A stretch of 53,505 nt of DNA from an uncultured Gemmatimonadaceae bacterium. GTDB taxonomy: Bacteria > Gemmatimonadota > Gemmatimonadetes > Gemmatimonadales > Gemmatimonadaceae. Position 1 is the stretch's first letter, and each line of letters begins with the position of its first letter. Location of the stretch: NCBI GenBank assembly GCA_963843845.1, contig CAWJMB010000004.1:1-53505 (forward strand), read 5' to 3'. Below, piece by piece: positions 32,347 through 43,614 of this stretch. Below the pieces are notes generated by a model, which had not been told where the DNA came from, made no database searches, and worked only from the letters and a program-made list of their open reading frames with translations. A program made the position numbers and the translations under genes.

Positions 32347-32976
32347 CTACTTCGTCACCGGCGTGCAGCCCGCCGCGTCCGGCGCGTCGGGCGCGCCGTA
32401 GCTCGAGCGCACCAGCCGCGGCGCCCCCGCGTCCGGGCCGTCGCCGAAGACGAGCGTGAACAGCGACGCGTACTGCCCGTCGCACAGGTCGGGCACCGAC
32501 GGGCCGCCTAACGCCCGCACGATCGCCGCGACCGTGTTGCTGTGCTCGACGACGAGCACCGTCTGGCCGCGGTGGTACTGGCGGATCGCCGCCGCGACGG
32601 CCGCGGCGTGCACGGGGGTGCCGCCCGCGACGGGGATGATCTCCGTCGTCAGCCCGCGCGCCGCGGCGGTCGGCGCGGCCGTCGCCGTCGTGCGCAGCGT
32701 CGGCGTGCTCAGCACCGCCTGCACGTTCGCGTCGGCGAGCGCGGCGGCGAGCGCCCGCGCCCGCGCCTCGCCGGCCGCGGTGAGCGGCGGGTCGTTCGCC
32801 GGCGCCGCCGCTTTCTCGGCGTGGCGCACGACGATGACCACGGTCGGCTGCGCGCCGGCGCGCGCGGGCGCGGCGGCGAGGAGGGCGGCGAGCACGGTGC
32901 CTAACGAGATGCCTAACGCGGCGCGGAACGTCGCGGCTAGCGCGGGGCCGAACGGAGTCGTGAGACGGCAAATCAT
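32347..32976 (-). CDS. Histidine phosphatase superfamily (SixA/PGM-like), secreted
   Basis: VVRHAEK, LTAAGEARA, RTTATA, VEHSNT. Signal-peptide-like N-terminus. Confidence 0.85.
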   Translation of the reverse strand: MICRLTTPFGPALAATFRAALGISLGTVLAALLAAAPARAGAQPTVVIVVRHAEKAAAPANDPPLTAAGEARARALAAALADANVQAVLSTPTLRTTATAAPTAAARGLTTEIIPVAGGTPVHAAAVAAAIRQYHRGQTVLVVEHSNTVAAIVRALGGPSVPDLCDGQYASLFTLVFGDGPDAGAPRLVRSSYGAPDAPDAAGCTPVTK

Positions 32977-33437
32977 CGCGGAGTGGGTTGGAGCGTGCGG
33001 CGGAGTGAGGCGACGAACGCCGCCGGGTCGGCGACGCTCACGAGCACGGAGTAGCCGGCCGTCGTCGGCACGTACGCGACGCGCGACTCGTCGGTGAGAT
33101 ACACGAGCGCCTTCTCGCCGCCGCGCAGCCGGTACCAGCCCGCGCGGTAGCCCGGGACCGCGGTGCCGCCGGTGCGCACCGTCGGCTGCAGCGCACGCTC
33201 GCGGCGCAGGTCGACCGGACGCGCCTCGTCGGCGCGCACCTGCCCCGCGGGGATCAGCCGGCCGTAGAAGTCGCCGCTCAGCCGCAGCCCGGCCGGCGAC
33301 ACCTCGAACTTCGACGTCCGCGCCCCCGCCGTCGAGTAGCTCAGCGCCGCCCCGGCCGCGAGGATCGCGACGAGGATCGGGCCGACGATCCAGAGCATGC
33401 GGACCGTGCCGGGGACGATCGGAAAGGTCTCGATCAC
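32973..33437 (-). CDS. Membrane-anchored bacterial PH-domain protein
   Basis: One TM, then RTGGTAVPGYRAGWYRLRGGEKALVYLTD. GTGA and ATGA overlaps with its neighbours. Confidence 0.7.
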   Translation of the reverse strand: MIETFPIVPGTVRMLWIVGPILVAILAAGAALSYSTAGARTSKFEVSPAGLRLSGDFYGRLIPAGQVRADEARPVDLRRERALQPTVRTGGTAVPGYRAGWYRLRGGEKALVYLTDESRVAYVPTTAGYSVLVSVADPAAFVASLRRTLQPTPR

Positions 33438-34138
33438 GAAGGAACTCCCGTGAGCCACTGCCGGCGCCGCCCCTCGGGGAACCGCTCGATCGCGTAGCGT
33501 AGCGCCGTGCGCGGGATCCGCGAGAGATGCGCCCGGAGGAACGCCTCCGCCGCCGCCGGGTCGCGCTTCCACGCCTCGCGCAGCATCCACCCGACGGCCT
33601 TGTGAATGAGGTCGTGTCGGTCGCCGAGCAGCCGCGCGGCGACGTGCAGCGCCGGGCGCACGTCGCCGCGCCGCGTGTGGTGCAACGTCGCGAGCATCGC
33701 GATCCGCCGCTCCCAGAGCGACGGCGACGCGGCGAGGCGGTCGAGCAGCGCCGTGTCGTCGGGGTCCGCGTGCGGCCCGACGATTCGCGGCGCCGACGAG
33801 TCGACGAGATCCCAGTTGTTCACGTACCGGTCGGCGTGCGCGAGGTACGTGTCCAGGATCGCGCGCCGCGCCGGCGCGTCGGCGCGCCCGTGGGCGTCCA
33901 CGAGGAGGAGCACCGCAGCCAGCCGCTCCTCGTGCCACGCGGAGCGCAGCAGCGCGAGCGCGTCGTCGAGCGGGAGGCCGCGGTGTCGGCGGACCGCCGC
34001 GCGCACCTGCGGTACGGTCAGGCCGAGGAAGCGGTCCCCCTCGCCGTACTCGCCGGGGCCGGTGCGGAAGAAGCCCGCGTTGTGTCGCGCCCGCTCGGGG
34101 TCGGCGAGCGCGCGCAGCTCCGTCGCGAGCGCGCTCAC
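33434..34138 (-). CDS. DNA alkylation repair protein (AlkD-like HEAT glycosylase)
   Basis: FFRTGPGEYGEGDRFLGLTVP, HEER, NNWDLVDSSA, LWERR, DLIHKAVGWMLRE, PRTALRYAIE. Confidence 0.92.
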   Translation of the reverse strand: MSALATELRALADPERARHNAGFFRTGPGEYGEGDRFLGLTVPQVRAAVRRHRGLPLDDALALLRSAWHEERLAAVLLLVDAHGRADAPARRAILDTYLAHADRYVNNWDLVDSSAPRIVGPHADPDDTALLDRLAASPSLWERRIAMLATLHHTRRGDVRPALHVAARLLGDRHDLIHKAVGWMLREAWKRDPAAAEAFLRAHLSRIPRTALRYAIERFPEGRRRQWLTGVPS

Positions 34139-35550
34139 TGCAAGCCCACGCGCCCCTTCACCGACGCGAACAGCTTCGCCGAGTCGTAGCCGACGCCCCC
34201 CTTGAAGACGAGCTCGGCGTTGCCGACGTCGGCGATCCGCGTCGATGGGTCGCCGCGCACCACGAGCAGATCCGCCTGCTTCCCGACCGCGATCGACCCG
34301 ACGCGGTCCGCGCGACCGAGATACGTCGCGCCGTTCAGCGTCGCGACCCGAATGGCGTCGACCGGCGTGAGCCCCGCCTCGACGAGCAGCTCGATCTCGC
34401 GCGCGTTCGCGTAGCCGGCGACGACGCCGCCGTAGCCGGTCGGGTCGGTCCCCGCGAGCAGCAGCCCGCCGGCGCGCAGGAAGTCGCGCTCGAAGCGCAT
34501 CTCCTTGGCGAACAGCGCCGTGTACGGCGAGTCCGTCTGGTTCGAGATCGCGAGGCGCCGCCGCAGATACTGCTCGCGCGTCTCCGGCAGCATCGCGTCG
34601 AGCGCGCCGGCCGGCGCCGGCGGACGGTTCGGCGTGAACGTCTCGAACACGGTGAGCGTCGACGTCACCGCGACCTTCCGTGCGACGAGGTCGCGGATCA
34701 GCGCCTGCACGGAGTCGTCGGGCGCGCGCACGACCGACGCCTGCTGGTTCGCCGGGCACCCGTCCGGCCGCTTCCCCGCCGCGAAGTCGCTCGACACCAT
34801 GAGCCCGTGCTCGAGGTTGTCGATGCCCAACGCCGCGGCCTCGCGGAACGTGATCGAGCAGAGGTGGCCGGTGATCTTGAGCCCGCGCCGGTGCGCCTCG
34901 TCGACCGCCGCCTTCAGCTGGGCGCGCGTGATGTGCATGTACGCCTTGAACGACGTCGCGCCGCGGTCGGCCCAGTGCGCGACCATCTCGCGCGCGTCCT
35001 GCGGGCCGGTGAGCGCGTGCACCTGGTAGATCGGGAGGCCCGGCCCTTCGAGGTACGGCGCCGTCACGTCGAGCGACGGCCCGACGGTGCGCCCGCTGTC
35101 GATCGCGCGCTTCAGCTCGAGGTCCGCGTAGCCCGCCATGTTCCCTGCGGTGCGTGCCGTCGTCACGCCGCCGGCGAGGTACAGCCGCGGAAAGCTGAAC
35201 GCCTGCTCGTTGTACACGCTCCCCGCCCCGGACGGGTAGAACATGTGCTCGTGCACCATCACGAGCCCTGGCAGCACCGTGCGCCCCGTGAGGTCGACGA
35301 CGTGCGCGTTCGGCGGAACGCTCACCGTCGACGAGCTGCCGATCGCCCGGATGACGCCCCCCTCGATGACGATCGTCCGATCGGCCAGCGGCGCGGCGCC
35401 GGTCCCGTCGATCACGCGCGCGTGCGTCAGCGCCACGACCGGCGCGTCCACGCTCACGAACTGCTGCACCTCGGGCGGCCGTCGTGTCTGCGCGTCTGAC
35501 GCGCGCGCGACGAGGATCGAGACGAGGGCGAGACGTGCGATGGCCGGCAT
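34135..35550 (-). CDS. Metal-dependent amidohydrolase, secreted
   Basis: ARVIDGTG, PGLVMVHEH (HxH), GVTTART, GHL, LEHG, AGTD, GSIAVGKQADL. Confidence 0.92.
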   Translation of the reverse strand: MPAIARLALVSILVARASDAQTRRPPEVQQFVSVDAPVVALTHARVIDGTGAAPLADRTIVIEGGVIRAIGSSSTVSVPPNAHVVDLTGRTVLPGLVMVHEHMFYPSGAGSVYNEQAFSFPRLYLAGGVTTARTAGNMAGYADLELKRAIDSGRTVGPSLDVTAPYLEGPGLPIYQVHALTGPQDAREMVAHWADRGATSFKAYMHITRAQLKAAVDEAHRRGLKITGHLCSITFREAAALGIDNLEHGLMVSSDFAAGKRPDGCPANQQASVVRAPDDSVQALIRDLVARKVAVTSTLTVFETFTPNRPPAPAGALDAMLPETREQYLRRRLAISNQTDSPYTALFAKEMRFERDFLRAGGLLLAGTDPTGYGGVVAGYANAREIELLVEAGLTPVDAIRVATLNGATYLGRADRVGSIAVGKQADLLVVRGDPSTRIADVGNAELVFKGGVGYDSAKLFASVKGRVGLQ

Positions 35551-35614
35551 GCGATTCAGAGCAAGAGAATGGGGGCCTGTCGAGACGAACGGGCACGGGG
35601 GTCACCCCTGCACT

Positions 35615-36352
35615 TCACACGGCACGCACCGCCGACACGAACGCGCGAACTCGATCGACATCGGTCTCGTCGAACGCGCTCTCGTCTTCCGGCAGCGCCT
35701 TGCGCAGCCGGATGCCGTCGACCGCCCCCGACCGCGTGAGCCGCGTGCCGCGCACGTGCACCTCGCACACGCCGCTCCGCCGCACCAACTCTGCCACGTG
35801 CGCTTCGCGCACGCCGCCGCCGGCCATCACGACGAGCCGCGCTCCCGCCTGCGCGACGAGCGCCGCGATCGACTCGGCGCCCGCCAACGCCGTGAGCGCA
35901 CCGCCCGACGTCAGCACGCGCGACACGCCGCAGTCGACGAGCGCCTCGAGTGCCGCCGCGCGGTCGGGCACGAGATCGAACGCGCGGTGAAAGGAGACGG
36001 GCCTGCCCTCGGCGCCGGCGACCAGCGCGCGCACGAACCCGGCGTCCACGGCCCCATCCACTCGCAGCGCGCCGATCACGATCCCGTCGACGCCGAGCCG
36101 GACCGCCGCCTCGACGTCACGCCGCATCACGTCGCGCTCGGCGGCCGAGTAGACGAAGCCGCCGCCGCGGGGGCGGATGATGACGAAGACGGGGATGCGC
36201 ACCGCCACCTTCACCGCCGCGATCATCCCCGCGCTCGGCGTCGTGCCGCCGTCGAACAGGGCGTCGCACAGCTCGATGCGCCCGGCGCCCCCACGCTCGG
36301 CGGCGCGCGCGGAATCGACGGCGTCGAGGCACGCTTCGACGAGAACGGGCAT
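35615..36352 (-). CDS. cutC: Copper homeostasis protein CutC
   Basis: GGAGRIELC, GGTTPSAG, IRPRGGGF, FHRAFD, RVLTSGG, MAGGGV. Confidence 0.95.
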   Translation of the reverse strand: MPVLVEACLDAVDSARAAERGGAGRIELCDALFDGGTTPSAGMIAAVKVAVRIPVFVIIRPRGGGFVYSAAERDVMRRDVEAAVRLGVDGIVIGALRVDGAVDAGFVRALVAGAEGRPVSFHRAFDLVPDRAAALEALVDCGVSRVLTSGGALTALAGAESIAALVAQAGARLVVMAGGGVREAHVAELVRRSGVCEVHVRGTRLTRSGAVDGIRLRKALPEDESAFDETDVDRVRAFVSAVRAV

Positions 36353-36514
36353 CGCGCAAAGCTACGCGTGGAACCGCGCTGTCGCTCGGCGGGGACATGC
36401 CTGTCGTCGCCCGGGGACGCCCAGGCGCGGGCCCGAGAGCCACGCGCGGCGAGCGAGAGCGCCTAACACATTGCGGCGTCACACGTTGGCCCGCAGTCGC
36501 GAGGAATGCGGACG

Positions 36515-36529
36515 TGGCACCCGACTCGC
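36515..36529 (+). promoter_or_regulatory. Possible sigma-54 (-24/-12) promoter
   Basis: TGGCAC-CCGAC-TCGC has GG and GC separated by 10 nt and lies about 85 bp upstream of the ATG at 36614. Confidence 0.3.
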
Positions 36530-36613
36530 GTTCGACGCCGGTGTTGCGCGGCGCTCGTCACCGTTCGATCGTTTCAATCATTGGACACCCGGAGAGCCGG
36601 AGAGCCGAGGGAC

Positions 36614-37363
36614 ATGCGACGAACACTCATCAGCGCGACGGTCGGTCTGCTCGGCGTCGCCGCGGCGTACGGCACTGCCGCCGCACAGAGCGGCAACGGA
36701 TTTCTGCTCGGCACACCGCACGGGTCGCTCGCCATCCGCGGCGGCTACGACCGGGCGCTCGCGAACAGCAACCTGTTCGACGACACGCGACAGTTCCTGA
36801 CGCTCGGGAAGAGCGACTTCAGCGGCGGCACCGTCGCGGCGGACGTCGCGCTCCGCGCCAACGAGCGGTTCGACCTCGTGCTCGGCAGCGGGTACAGCGC
36901 GAGCGACGCGCGCTCCGAGTACGTGGACTTCGTCGACGACCGGGACCAGCCGATCGAACAGCGAACGCGCTTTCGCCGCGTGCCGATCTCGCTCAGCGTG
37001 AAGGCGTACCTCGCGCCGCGCGGCCGCTCGGTCGGCGAGTTCGCGTGGGTGCCGGCGAAGCTCGCACCCTACGTCGGCGTCGGCGGCGGCGCGCTCTGGT
37101 ACCGCTTCGAGCAGCGCGGCGACTTCATCGACTTCGACACGTCGAACCAGCGCGTGTTCTCGTCGACGCTGCGCACGAGTCAGTGGACCGGGTCGGGGCA
37201 CGGGTTCGTCGGCACCGACTACACGCTCACCCCCGCGCTGTCGCTCACCGGCGAGGCGCGCTACACCTTCGCCCGCACGACCGCCGACGCGTTCGCGTTT
37301 CGCGGGTATCACGTCGACCTGTCCGGGGTCGCCATGACGGCCGGGCTGGCCGTGCGCTTCTAG
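36614..37363 (+). CDS. Outer-membrane beta-barrel protein
   Basis: Signal peptide, alternating amphipathic strands (PYVGVGGG, LSLTGEARYTF), terminal AGLAVRF with C-terminal Phe. Confidence 0.8.
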   Translation: MRRTLISATVGLLGVAAAYGTAAAQSGNGFLLGTPHGSLAIRGGYDRALANSNLFDDTRQFLTLGKSDFSGGTVAADVALRANERFDLVLGSGYSASDARSEYVDFVDDRDQPIEQRTRFRRVPISLSVKAYLAPRGRSVGEFAWVPAKLAPYVGVGGGALWYRFEQRGDFIDFDTSNQRVFSSTLRTSQWTGSGHGFVGTDYTLTPALSLTGEARYTFARTTADAFAFRGYHVDLSGVAMTAGLAVRF

Positions 37364-37375
37364 GAGGTCCGTTCG

Positions 37376-38680
<1,305 letters not shown>

Positions 38681-38722
38681 TGTCTCCGTCCGCCAGGCGA
38701 GCTCACGAAAGCGGCCGCTGGA

Positions 38723-38816
38723 CGTTTTGACAGAAGGAACAGCAGGAACAGAAGAACTGCGCGGGCATGCTCTGCGTCCAGTTTCTTCTGCCCTGCTGTT
38801 CCTGCTGTCGAAAACG
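38723..38816. repeat. Intergenic inverted element with 9-bp units; may act as a bidirectional terminator
   Basis: CGTTTTG-ACAGAAGGA-ACAGCAGGA-ACAGAAGAA-CTG ... CAGTTTCTTCTG-CCCTGCTG-TTCCTGCTG-TCGAAAACG, between convergent genes. Confidence 0.75.
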
Positions 38817-38817
38817 C

Positions 38818-39345
38818 TCAAGCCGAGTGTGACGACAACGCGGCGAGCGTGTCGGTGACGATGTCGGTCACCGCACGCTCGCCGTCGATCGTCGGCACGC
38901 GTTCTTCAGCGTTAGGCACCTCGAGCGTCGCGAGCTGACTGTCGAGCAGCGACGCGGTCGCGTAGTGCTCGGCGCGGGCGAGCAGTCTCGCGGCGAGCGT
39001 CGCGCGGCCGACGTGGAGATAGACGAACCGTACGGCGCCCGGCGGCGCGTCGGGCGGCACCAGCGCCTCGCGGTACGCTCGACGGAGCGCCGAGCAGGCG
39101 AGCACCACACGCTCGCGCGAGGCGAGTGCCGCGGCGACGCGGTCGCGCAGCCGCGCGAGCCACGGCCAGCGGTCGTCGTCACCCAGCGCCGCTCCGCGCC
39201 GCATCCGCGCGACGCTCGCCGCGTCGTGATAGTCGTCCGCGTCGACGAACGTGGCGCCTAACGGTTCGGCGAGCGCGCGTCCGACCGTCGTCTTGCCCGA
39301 GCCGGCCGGACCGATGACGACGACGACCGCGCCGCTCGCCCTCAC
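38818..39345 (-). CDS. Gluconokinase (GntK/IdnK type)
   Basis: GPAGSGKTT P-loop, DADDYH, DDDRWPWL, LACSALRRAYR, LLDSQLATLEVP. Confidence 0.9.
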   Translation of the reverse strand: MRASGAVVVVIGPAGSGKTTVGRALAEPLGATFVDADDYHDAASVARMRRGAALGDDDRWPWLARLRDRVAAALASRERVVLACSALRRAYREALVPPDAPPGAVRFVYLHVGRATLAARLLARAEHYATASLLDSQLATLEVPNAEERVPTIDGERAVTDIVTDTLAALSSHSA

Positions 39346-40364
39346 ACGAGTACGCGCGCCGGCCGCAGCATGCCGTCCGCGACGAGCCGATCCGTCTTGT
39401 CGGCGCCGGCCGCGATCATGCGGCTCATGTCCTGCACCGTGAAGCGCAGCGCGTCGTTCAGCAGCGACACGTCCGGCTCGATGACGAACAGGTTCGCGAC
39501 ACGCACCGCGCCGAACGGACTCTCGGCGAGCGCGGCGTCGATCGCGGCGTCGACGGCGGCGCGCTCGTTCGGCAGCGCGGCGCTCAGCCGGGCGCGGAGC
39601 GCCGACGTCAGCGCCACGGCGTCGCGGATCGCGCGAGGCGTCTCGACGTCGTCGCGGCCGACCTCGTTGCTGAACAGGTTCAGCGTCCGGAGCAGCGTGT
39701 CGACGAGGCCCTGCACGTCGGCCCGGGGTTCGGGCGCCGGCGGCGACAGCAGCACCGTGTAGACGTCGGTCGCGCCGTTGTCGATCGCGACGCGCACCGG
39801 CGCGTACTCCCGCACGCCGCCGTCGCAGTAGACCGTGCCCCTCACGGTAGCCGGTGCCATGATCGCCGGCTGCGACGCCGATGCCATGACCGCGTCCACG
39901 AGCTCCGCGGGGCTCTCGATGCGGATCGCGTCGCGGTCCGGCGGGCGAACGAGGTCGGGGCCCATGAAGAAGTAGACGAGCCGCCCCGAGCCGAGCGCCA
40001 CCGTGGTCAGCACGAGCTGCTTGCCGGCGTCGGTCTCCCCCCGGAGCGCGTCGAACACGTCCTGCGTGAACGCCTCCTGACACATCGTGCGCAGCGGCCC
40101 CGTGTCGAGCACGAACCCCGCCTGGAACGCGGCGACCGGCGTCAGCTCGCGAAAGAGCTGCGCCGAGTCGAAGCGCTGGTAGAGCTGTTTCAGTCGCACG
40201 AAATCGCCGAGCAGCGCGAACGGAGCGATGATCGCGCCGGTGCTCGTCCCGGCGGTGAGGTCGAAGTCGAGCCGCAGCGGTCCGGCGCGCAGCCGGCTCC
40301 CGACGCCGACGGCGAACGCCCCCTTCGCGCCGCCGCCGCTCACGACGAGTGCAGTGCGTGGCAT
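39342..40364 (-). CDS. Patatin-like phospholipase
   Basis: SGGGAKGAF oxyanion motif, GTSTG nucleophile, ASASQP, DGG. Confidence 0.92.
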   Translation of the reverse strand: MPRTALVVSGGGAKGAFAVGVGSRLRAGPLRLDFDLTAGTSTGAIIAPFALLGDFVRLKQLYQRFDSAQLFRELTPVAAFQAGFVLDTGPLRTMCQEAFTQDVFDALRGETDAGKQLVLTTVALGSGRLVYFFMGPDLVRPPDRDAIRIESPAELVDAVMASASQPAIMAPATVRGTVYCDGGVREYAPVRVAIDNGATDVYTVLLSPPAPEPRADVQGLVDTLLRTLNLFSNEVGRDDVETPRAIRDAVALTSALRARLSAALPNERAAVDAAIDAALAESPFGAVRVANLFVIEPDVSLLNDALRFTVQDMSRMIAAGADKTDRLVADGMLRPARVLV

Positions 40365-40374
40365 GGTCGGCTCC

Positions 40375-41247
40375 TCAGCCCGTGCGACACACGTTCGTCG
40401 CGACGCCCGCGACGAGGGCCTGCACGAGCTGGCGCGACGTCGTGCCGTCCCACGCGGGGACCGCCACCGGCGGCCGGTTCGCCGCCGCGTCGTCGACCGC
40501 GCGCTGAACCGCCGTATCCATCCACTGCGCCACGCGCGGCAGACCGGCGTTCGTGAGAAACGTGCGCAGCGCGTCGCGATCGCGCTGCCGACGCATCCCG
40601 TCGAGCTGACGACCGACGGCATCACGCAGCGCACCGCTGTCCGGCAGCGCGAGCGTCGCCGAGGCCGACGCGCTCTCGCTCCTCACGAGGTCGAAGATCG
40701 TCGACGGCGTCGCCGGGGTCGTGACGACGCGCTCCGGCACGGGCGGCGGGACGTAGCCACTCCGCGCGACGAGGTAGCGCAGGTCGAACCCCGCGCCGGC
40801 CTCGTACAGCCACGCGTCCGCCCCCGGCACGCGGTGCACGCGCACCGTCACGCGCACCGCCCGCGCGAGCTCCGCACCGAGCGTTCCGCCGTAACTCCGG
40901 GTGCCAGCGAGCGGCGCGATGTACTCGCCTCCCGCCCACAGCGCCGCGAGCGACGTCGAGAGCACGCGCGCCTCCACGCGCCCGCCCGCGCCGACGTTGC
41001 GCACCCCGCCGAACGTTTCCGCGGCGATCGTCGGACCGAGCCGCAGCGGACTGTCCGGGCGCGGGTTGAACAGGAGGTGCAGCCGCACCCCGCCCGCGTA
41101 GTCGAGATCGTTCGCGACCGCGAGCGGCCCCTGCACGACCTCGAACGGCACGAGCAGCGTCGGCTGCACCAGCGGCGGCGACCCGCCGGGGCACGCCGGC
41201 ACTGAGGAGAGCAGCGTACCGAACGCCATGAGCGCGAGCATCGTCAT
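40375..41247 (-). CDS. Hypothetical protein, probably secreted
   Basis: Signal-like N-terminus, beta-strand-rich first half, helical second half. GAGGAG precedes the patatin start immediately downstream. Confidence 0.55.
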   Translation of the reverse strand: MTMLALMAFGTLLSSVPACPGGSPPLVQPTLLVPFEVVQGPLAVANDLDYAGGVRLHLLFNPRPDSPLRLGPTIAAETFGGVRNVGAGGRVEARVLSTSLAALWAGGEYIAPLAGTRSYGGTLGAELARAVRVTVRVHRVPGADAWLYEAGAGFDLRYLVARSGYVPPPVPERVVTTPATPSTIFDLVRSESASASATLALPDSGALRDAVGRQLDGMRRQRDRDALRTFLTNAGLPRVAQWMDTAVQRAVDDAAANRPPVAVPAWDGTTSRQLVQALVAGVATNVCRTG

Positions 41248-41291
41248 CGGGTCCCTCGTTCGTCGCCGTTCATCCGCGTCGCGCCCGCGCG

Positions 41292-43556
41292 TCAGGGCGT
41301 CGCCCGATCGTATCCCTGCCGGATCCGATCCGGCCGCTGAATCAGGTTCTCGACGAAGAACTCCATCCGGCGCGCGCCCGTCAGACTGCTGTGTCCCTGA
41401 TCGGGCCCGGCCTGCAGCTCGAAGCTCTTCCCCGCGCGCTGCAACGCCTGCACGAGCTGCAGGGTGTTGTTGGGGTGCACGTTGTTGTCGAGCGTGCCGT
41501 AGAACAGCATGAGCCGCCCGCGCAGGTTCTTCACGTACGTCATCGCCGAGCCGAGATCGTAGCCGGACCTGTTCTCCTCCGGAATCCACATGTAGCGCTC
41601 GGTGTAGATCGTGTCGTAGTTGCGCCAGTCGGTCGGCGGCGACTCGGACGACGCGACCGCGAACACGTCAGGGTGGCGCAGCAGCGCCATGACCGACGTG
41701 TAGCCGCCGTACGACGTGCCGTAGATCCCGACGCGCTCCCTGTCGACGTACGGCCGGGTGCCTAACGCCTTGATCCCCTCGGCCATGTCGTCGATCTCGG
41801 TCTGGCCGAGCTTCAGGTAGATGTCGTCGAGCGCGCGGCGGCCCATGCCCGGCGCGGCGCGCGACGAGACGGCGACGACGATGAAGCCGTACTCGGTGAG
41901 CGGGTTGCCGGCGCTGAACGTCTCGGTCGGCGTGTTGCTCCCCGACTCGGGGCCGCCGTAGACCGCGGTCAGCACCGGGTACTTCTTGGACGGATCGAAG
42001 TTCGACGGGAACCAGACCTCGCCGAACAGCGGCGTCTTCCCGTCGGCCGCGGTGTAGCGGAACAGCTCCGCCTTGCGGATGCCGCGCTGCTGCATGAGCG
42101 ACACGTCGCTCGTCGCCAGCTCGCTGACGACCCTGCCCGTGGCCGCGTCGACGAGCCGCGAGACCGGCGCCCGGTCGTGCGTCTGCGCGACGTCGACGAA
42201 GTACCGCCCGTCGGGCGCGACGTCGACCTGGTGCGCGAACGCCGGATCGGTGAGGCGGACGTCGCCGTTGCCGTCGAGCCGCACGCGGTGCAGCTGCGGC
42301 TTCAGGTAGTTGTCGCCGTCGCGCGCCATGTACCAGAGCGCGTTCGCCGTCTCGTCGAGGCGGACGATCCCGGCGACCTCGAACGCCCCCCTCGTCAGCG
42401 TCCTGAGCAGCTTGCCATTCAGGTCGTAGAGATAGTAATTCTTGAAGCCCGTGCGCTCGGACTCCCAGATGAAGCGCGTGCTGTCGGCGAGCCAGCGCAT
42501 GGTCGGGTGGTTCTCGAGCCACCCGGTCGGCCACTCCTCGCGCAGCACCGCGCGGCACTTCGTCGTCGCGGGGGAGCAGAGCGTGAGCTCCATGACGTGC
42601 TGCCGCCGGTTCGTGCGCTTGAGCAGCAGCTCCTTCCCGTCCGGCGCCCAGCCGACGTCGTAGACGTAGTGGCCGACGACGTCGTTCGTGAACGGCTTGC
42701 CGTCGCGCACGTCGATCTGCCGCGTCTGCTTCGACGCGACGTCGTAGACGAACAGCTCGACGACCGGGTTCGACACGCCCGGCTTCGGGTAGGCCTCGAC
42801 GTCGAGCTTCGTCTGGAGCCGGGTCTGGTCGACGGCGATGTAGAAGTCGGGAACCTTGCTCTCGTCGAACTGGAAGTACGCGAGCTGGCCGCCGCTCGGG
42901 CTCCACCACATCGCCGTCGTCTGTCCCAGCTCCTCGCCGTAGACCCACGACGCCGTGCCGTATTTCGTGCGCGCCGCCTCGCTCCCGTCGGTCGTCACGG
43001 CGACCTCGTTCGCGCCGCTCGCGTCGCAGACGTAGACGTTCCGATCGCGATAGTGCGCGAGCCGCTGTCCGTCGGGCGACGCGGCGACCGGGCGCTGCCG
43101 CCCGCGCTCCGGCGGCGGGAGCGTGACGCCGCCGCAGCCGCGCAGCACGCCGGCCTGCGGACCGTTCGGCACCCTCGCCGGCGGCCCGTTCGGCACGCCC
43201 CCCGACGCGTTCGGCACCGCGTTCGACTCGGCCGGCAGCTCGGTGCGCCCCTTCGTCGCGATGGCGAAGCGGTAGCGCGTGCCGCTCGTCGTGTACTCGA
43301 CGCTCTTGCCGTCCGCGCTCCACGTGACGGCCGAGCCGCCGCCGGGGCGCCCGCCCCGTCCGCCGAACCCCGCGCCGGCGAGCACGTTGCCGAGCCGGAC
43401 GGCGTTCTGGTACTGCGGCGCCATGCGCTGGTACTGGTCGTAGCCGGGCATCGACGCGAGCCGGTCCTGCGCGCCGGCGTCCGCGGCGGCGAGGGCGAGC
43501 ACGGGGAGCGCCAGGAGCGCCGGGCGCGCGGTGCGGCGGAGGGAGCGCGTGGTCAT
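41292..43556 (-). CDS. S9B dipeptidyl-peptidase IV-like serine peptidase
   Basis: Signal peptide, WVYGEEL, WWSPSG, YPKPG, VYGGP, GTSYGG, IYTERYM, DNNVHP, DQGH. Confidence 0.93.
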   Translation of the reverse strand: MTTRSLRRTARPALLALPVLALAAADAGAQDRLASMPGYDQYQRMAPQYQNAVRLGNVLAGAGFGGRGGRPGGGSAVTWSADGKSVEYTTSGTRYRFAIATKGRTELPAESNAVPNASGGVPNGPPARVPNGPQAGVLRGCGGVTLPPPERGRQRPVAASPDGQRLAHYRDRNVYVCDASGANEVAVTTDGSEAARTKYGTASWVYGEELGQTTAMWWSPSGGQLAYFQFDESKVPDFYIAVDQTRLQTKLDVEAYPKPGVSNPVVELFVYDVASKQTRQIDVRDGKPFTNDVVGHYVYDVGWAPDGKELLLKRTNRRQHVMELTLCSPATTKCRAVLREEWPTGWLENHPTMRWLADSTRFIWESERTGFKNYYLYDLNGKLLRTLTRGAFEVAGIVRLDETANALWYMARDGDNYLKPQLHRVRLDGNGDVRLTDPAFAHQVDVAPDGRYFVDVAQTHDRAPVSRLVDAATGRVVSELATSDVSLMQQRGIRKAELFRYTAADGKTPLFGEVWFPSNFDPSKKYPVLTAVYGGPESGSNTPTETFSAGNPLTEYGFIVVAVSSRAAPGMGRRALDDIYLKLGQTEIDDMAEGIKALGTRPYVDRERVGIYGTSYGGYTSVMALLRHPDVFAVASSESPPTDWRNYDTIYTERYMWIPEENRSGYDLGSAMTYVKNLRGRLMLFYGTLDNNVHPNNTLQLVQALQRAGKSFELQAGPDQGHSSLTGARRMEFFVENLIQRPDRIRQGYDRATP

Positions 43557-43614
43557 GCGGAGGTCGGGCCGGGGGTGGAACGAGCGCGGTGCGTACAAGC
43601 TAACGGTGAGCCTC

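Noticed and set aside
39342..40364. Patatin as a CBASS/CapV anti-phage effector
   Set aside because: No CD-NTase or other defence genes are adjacent.
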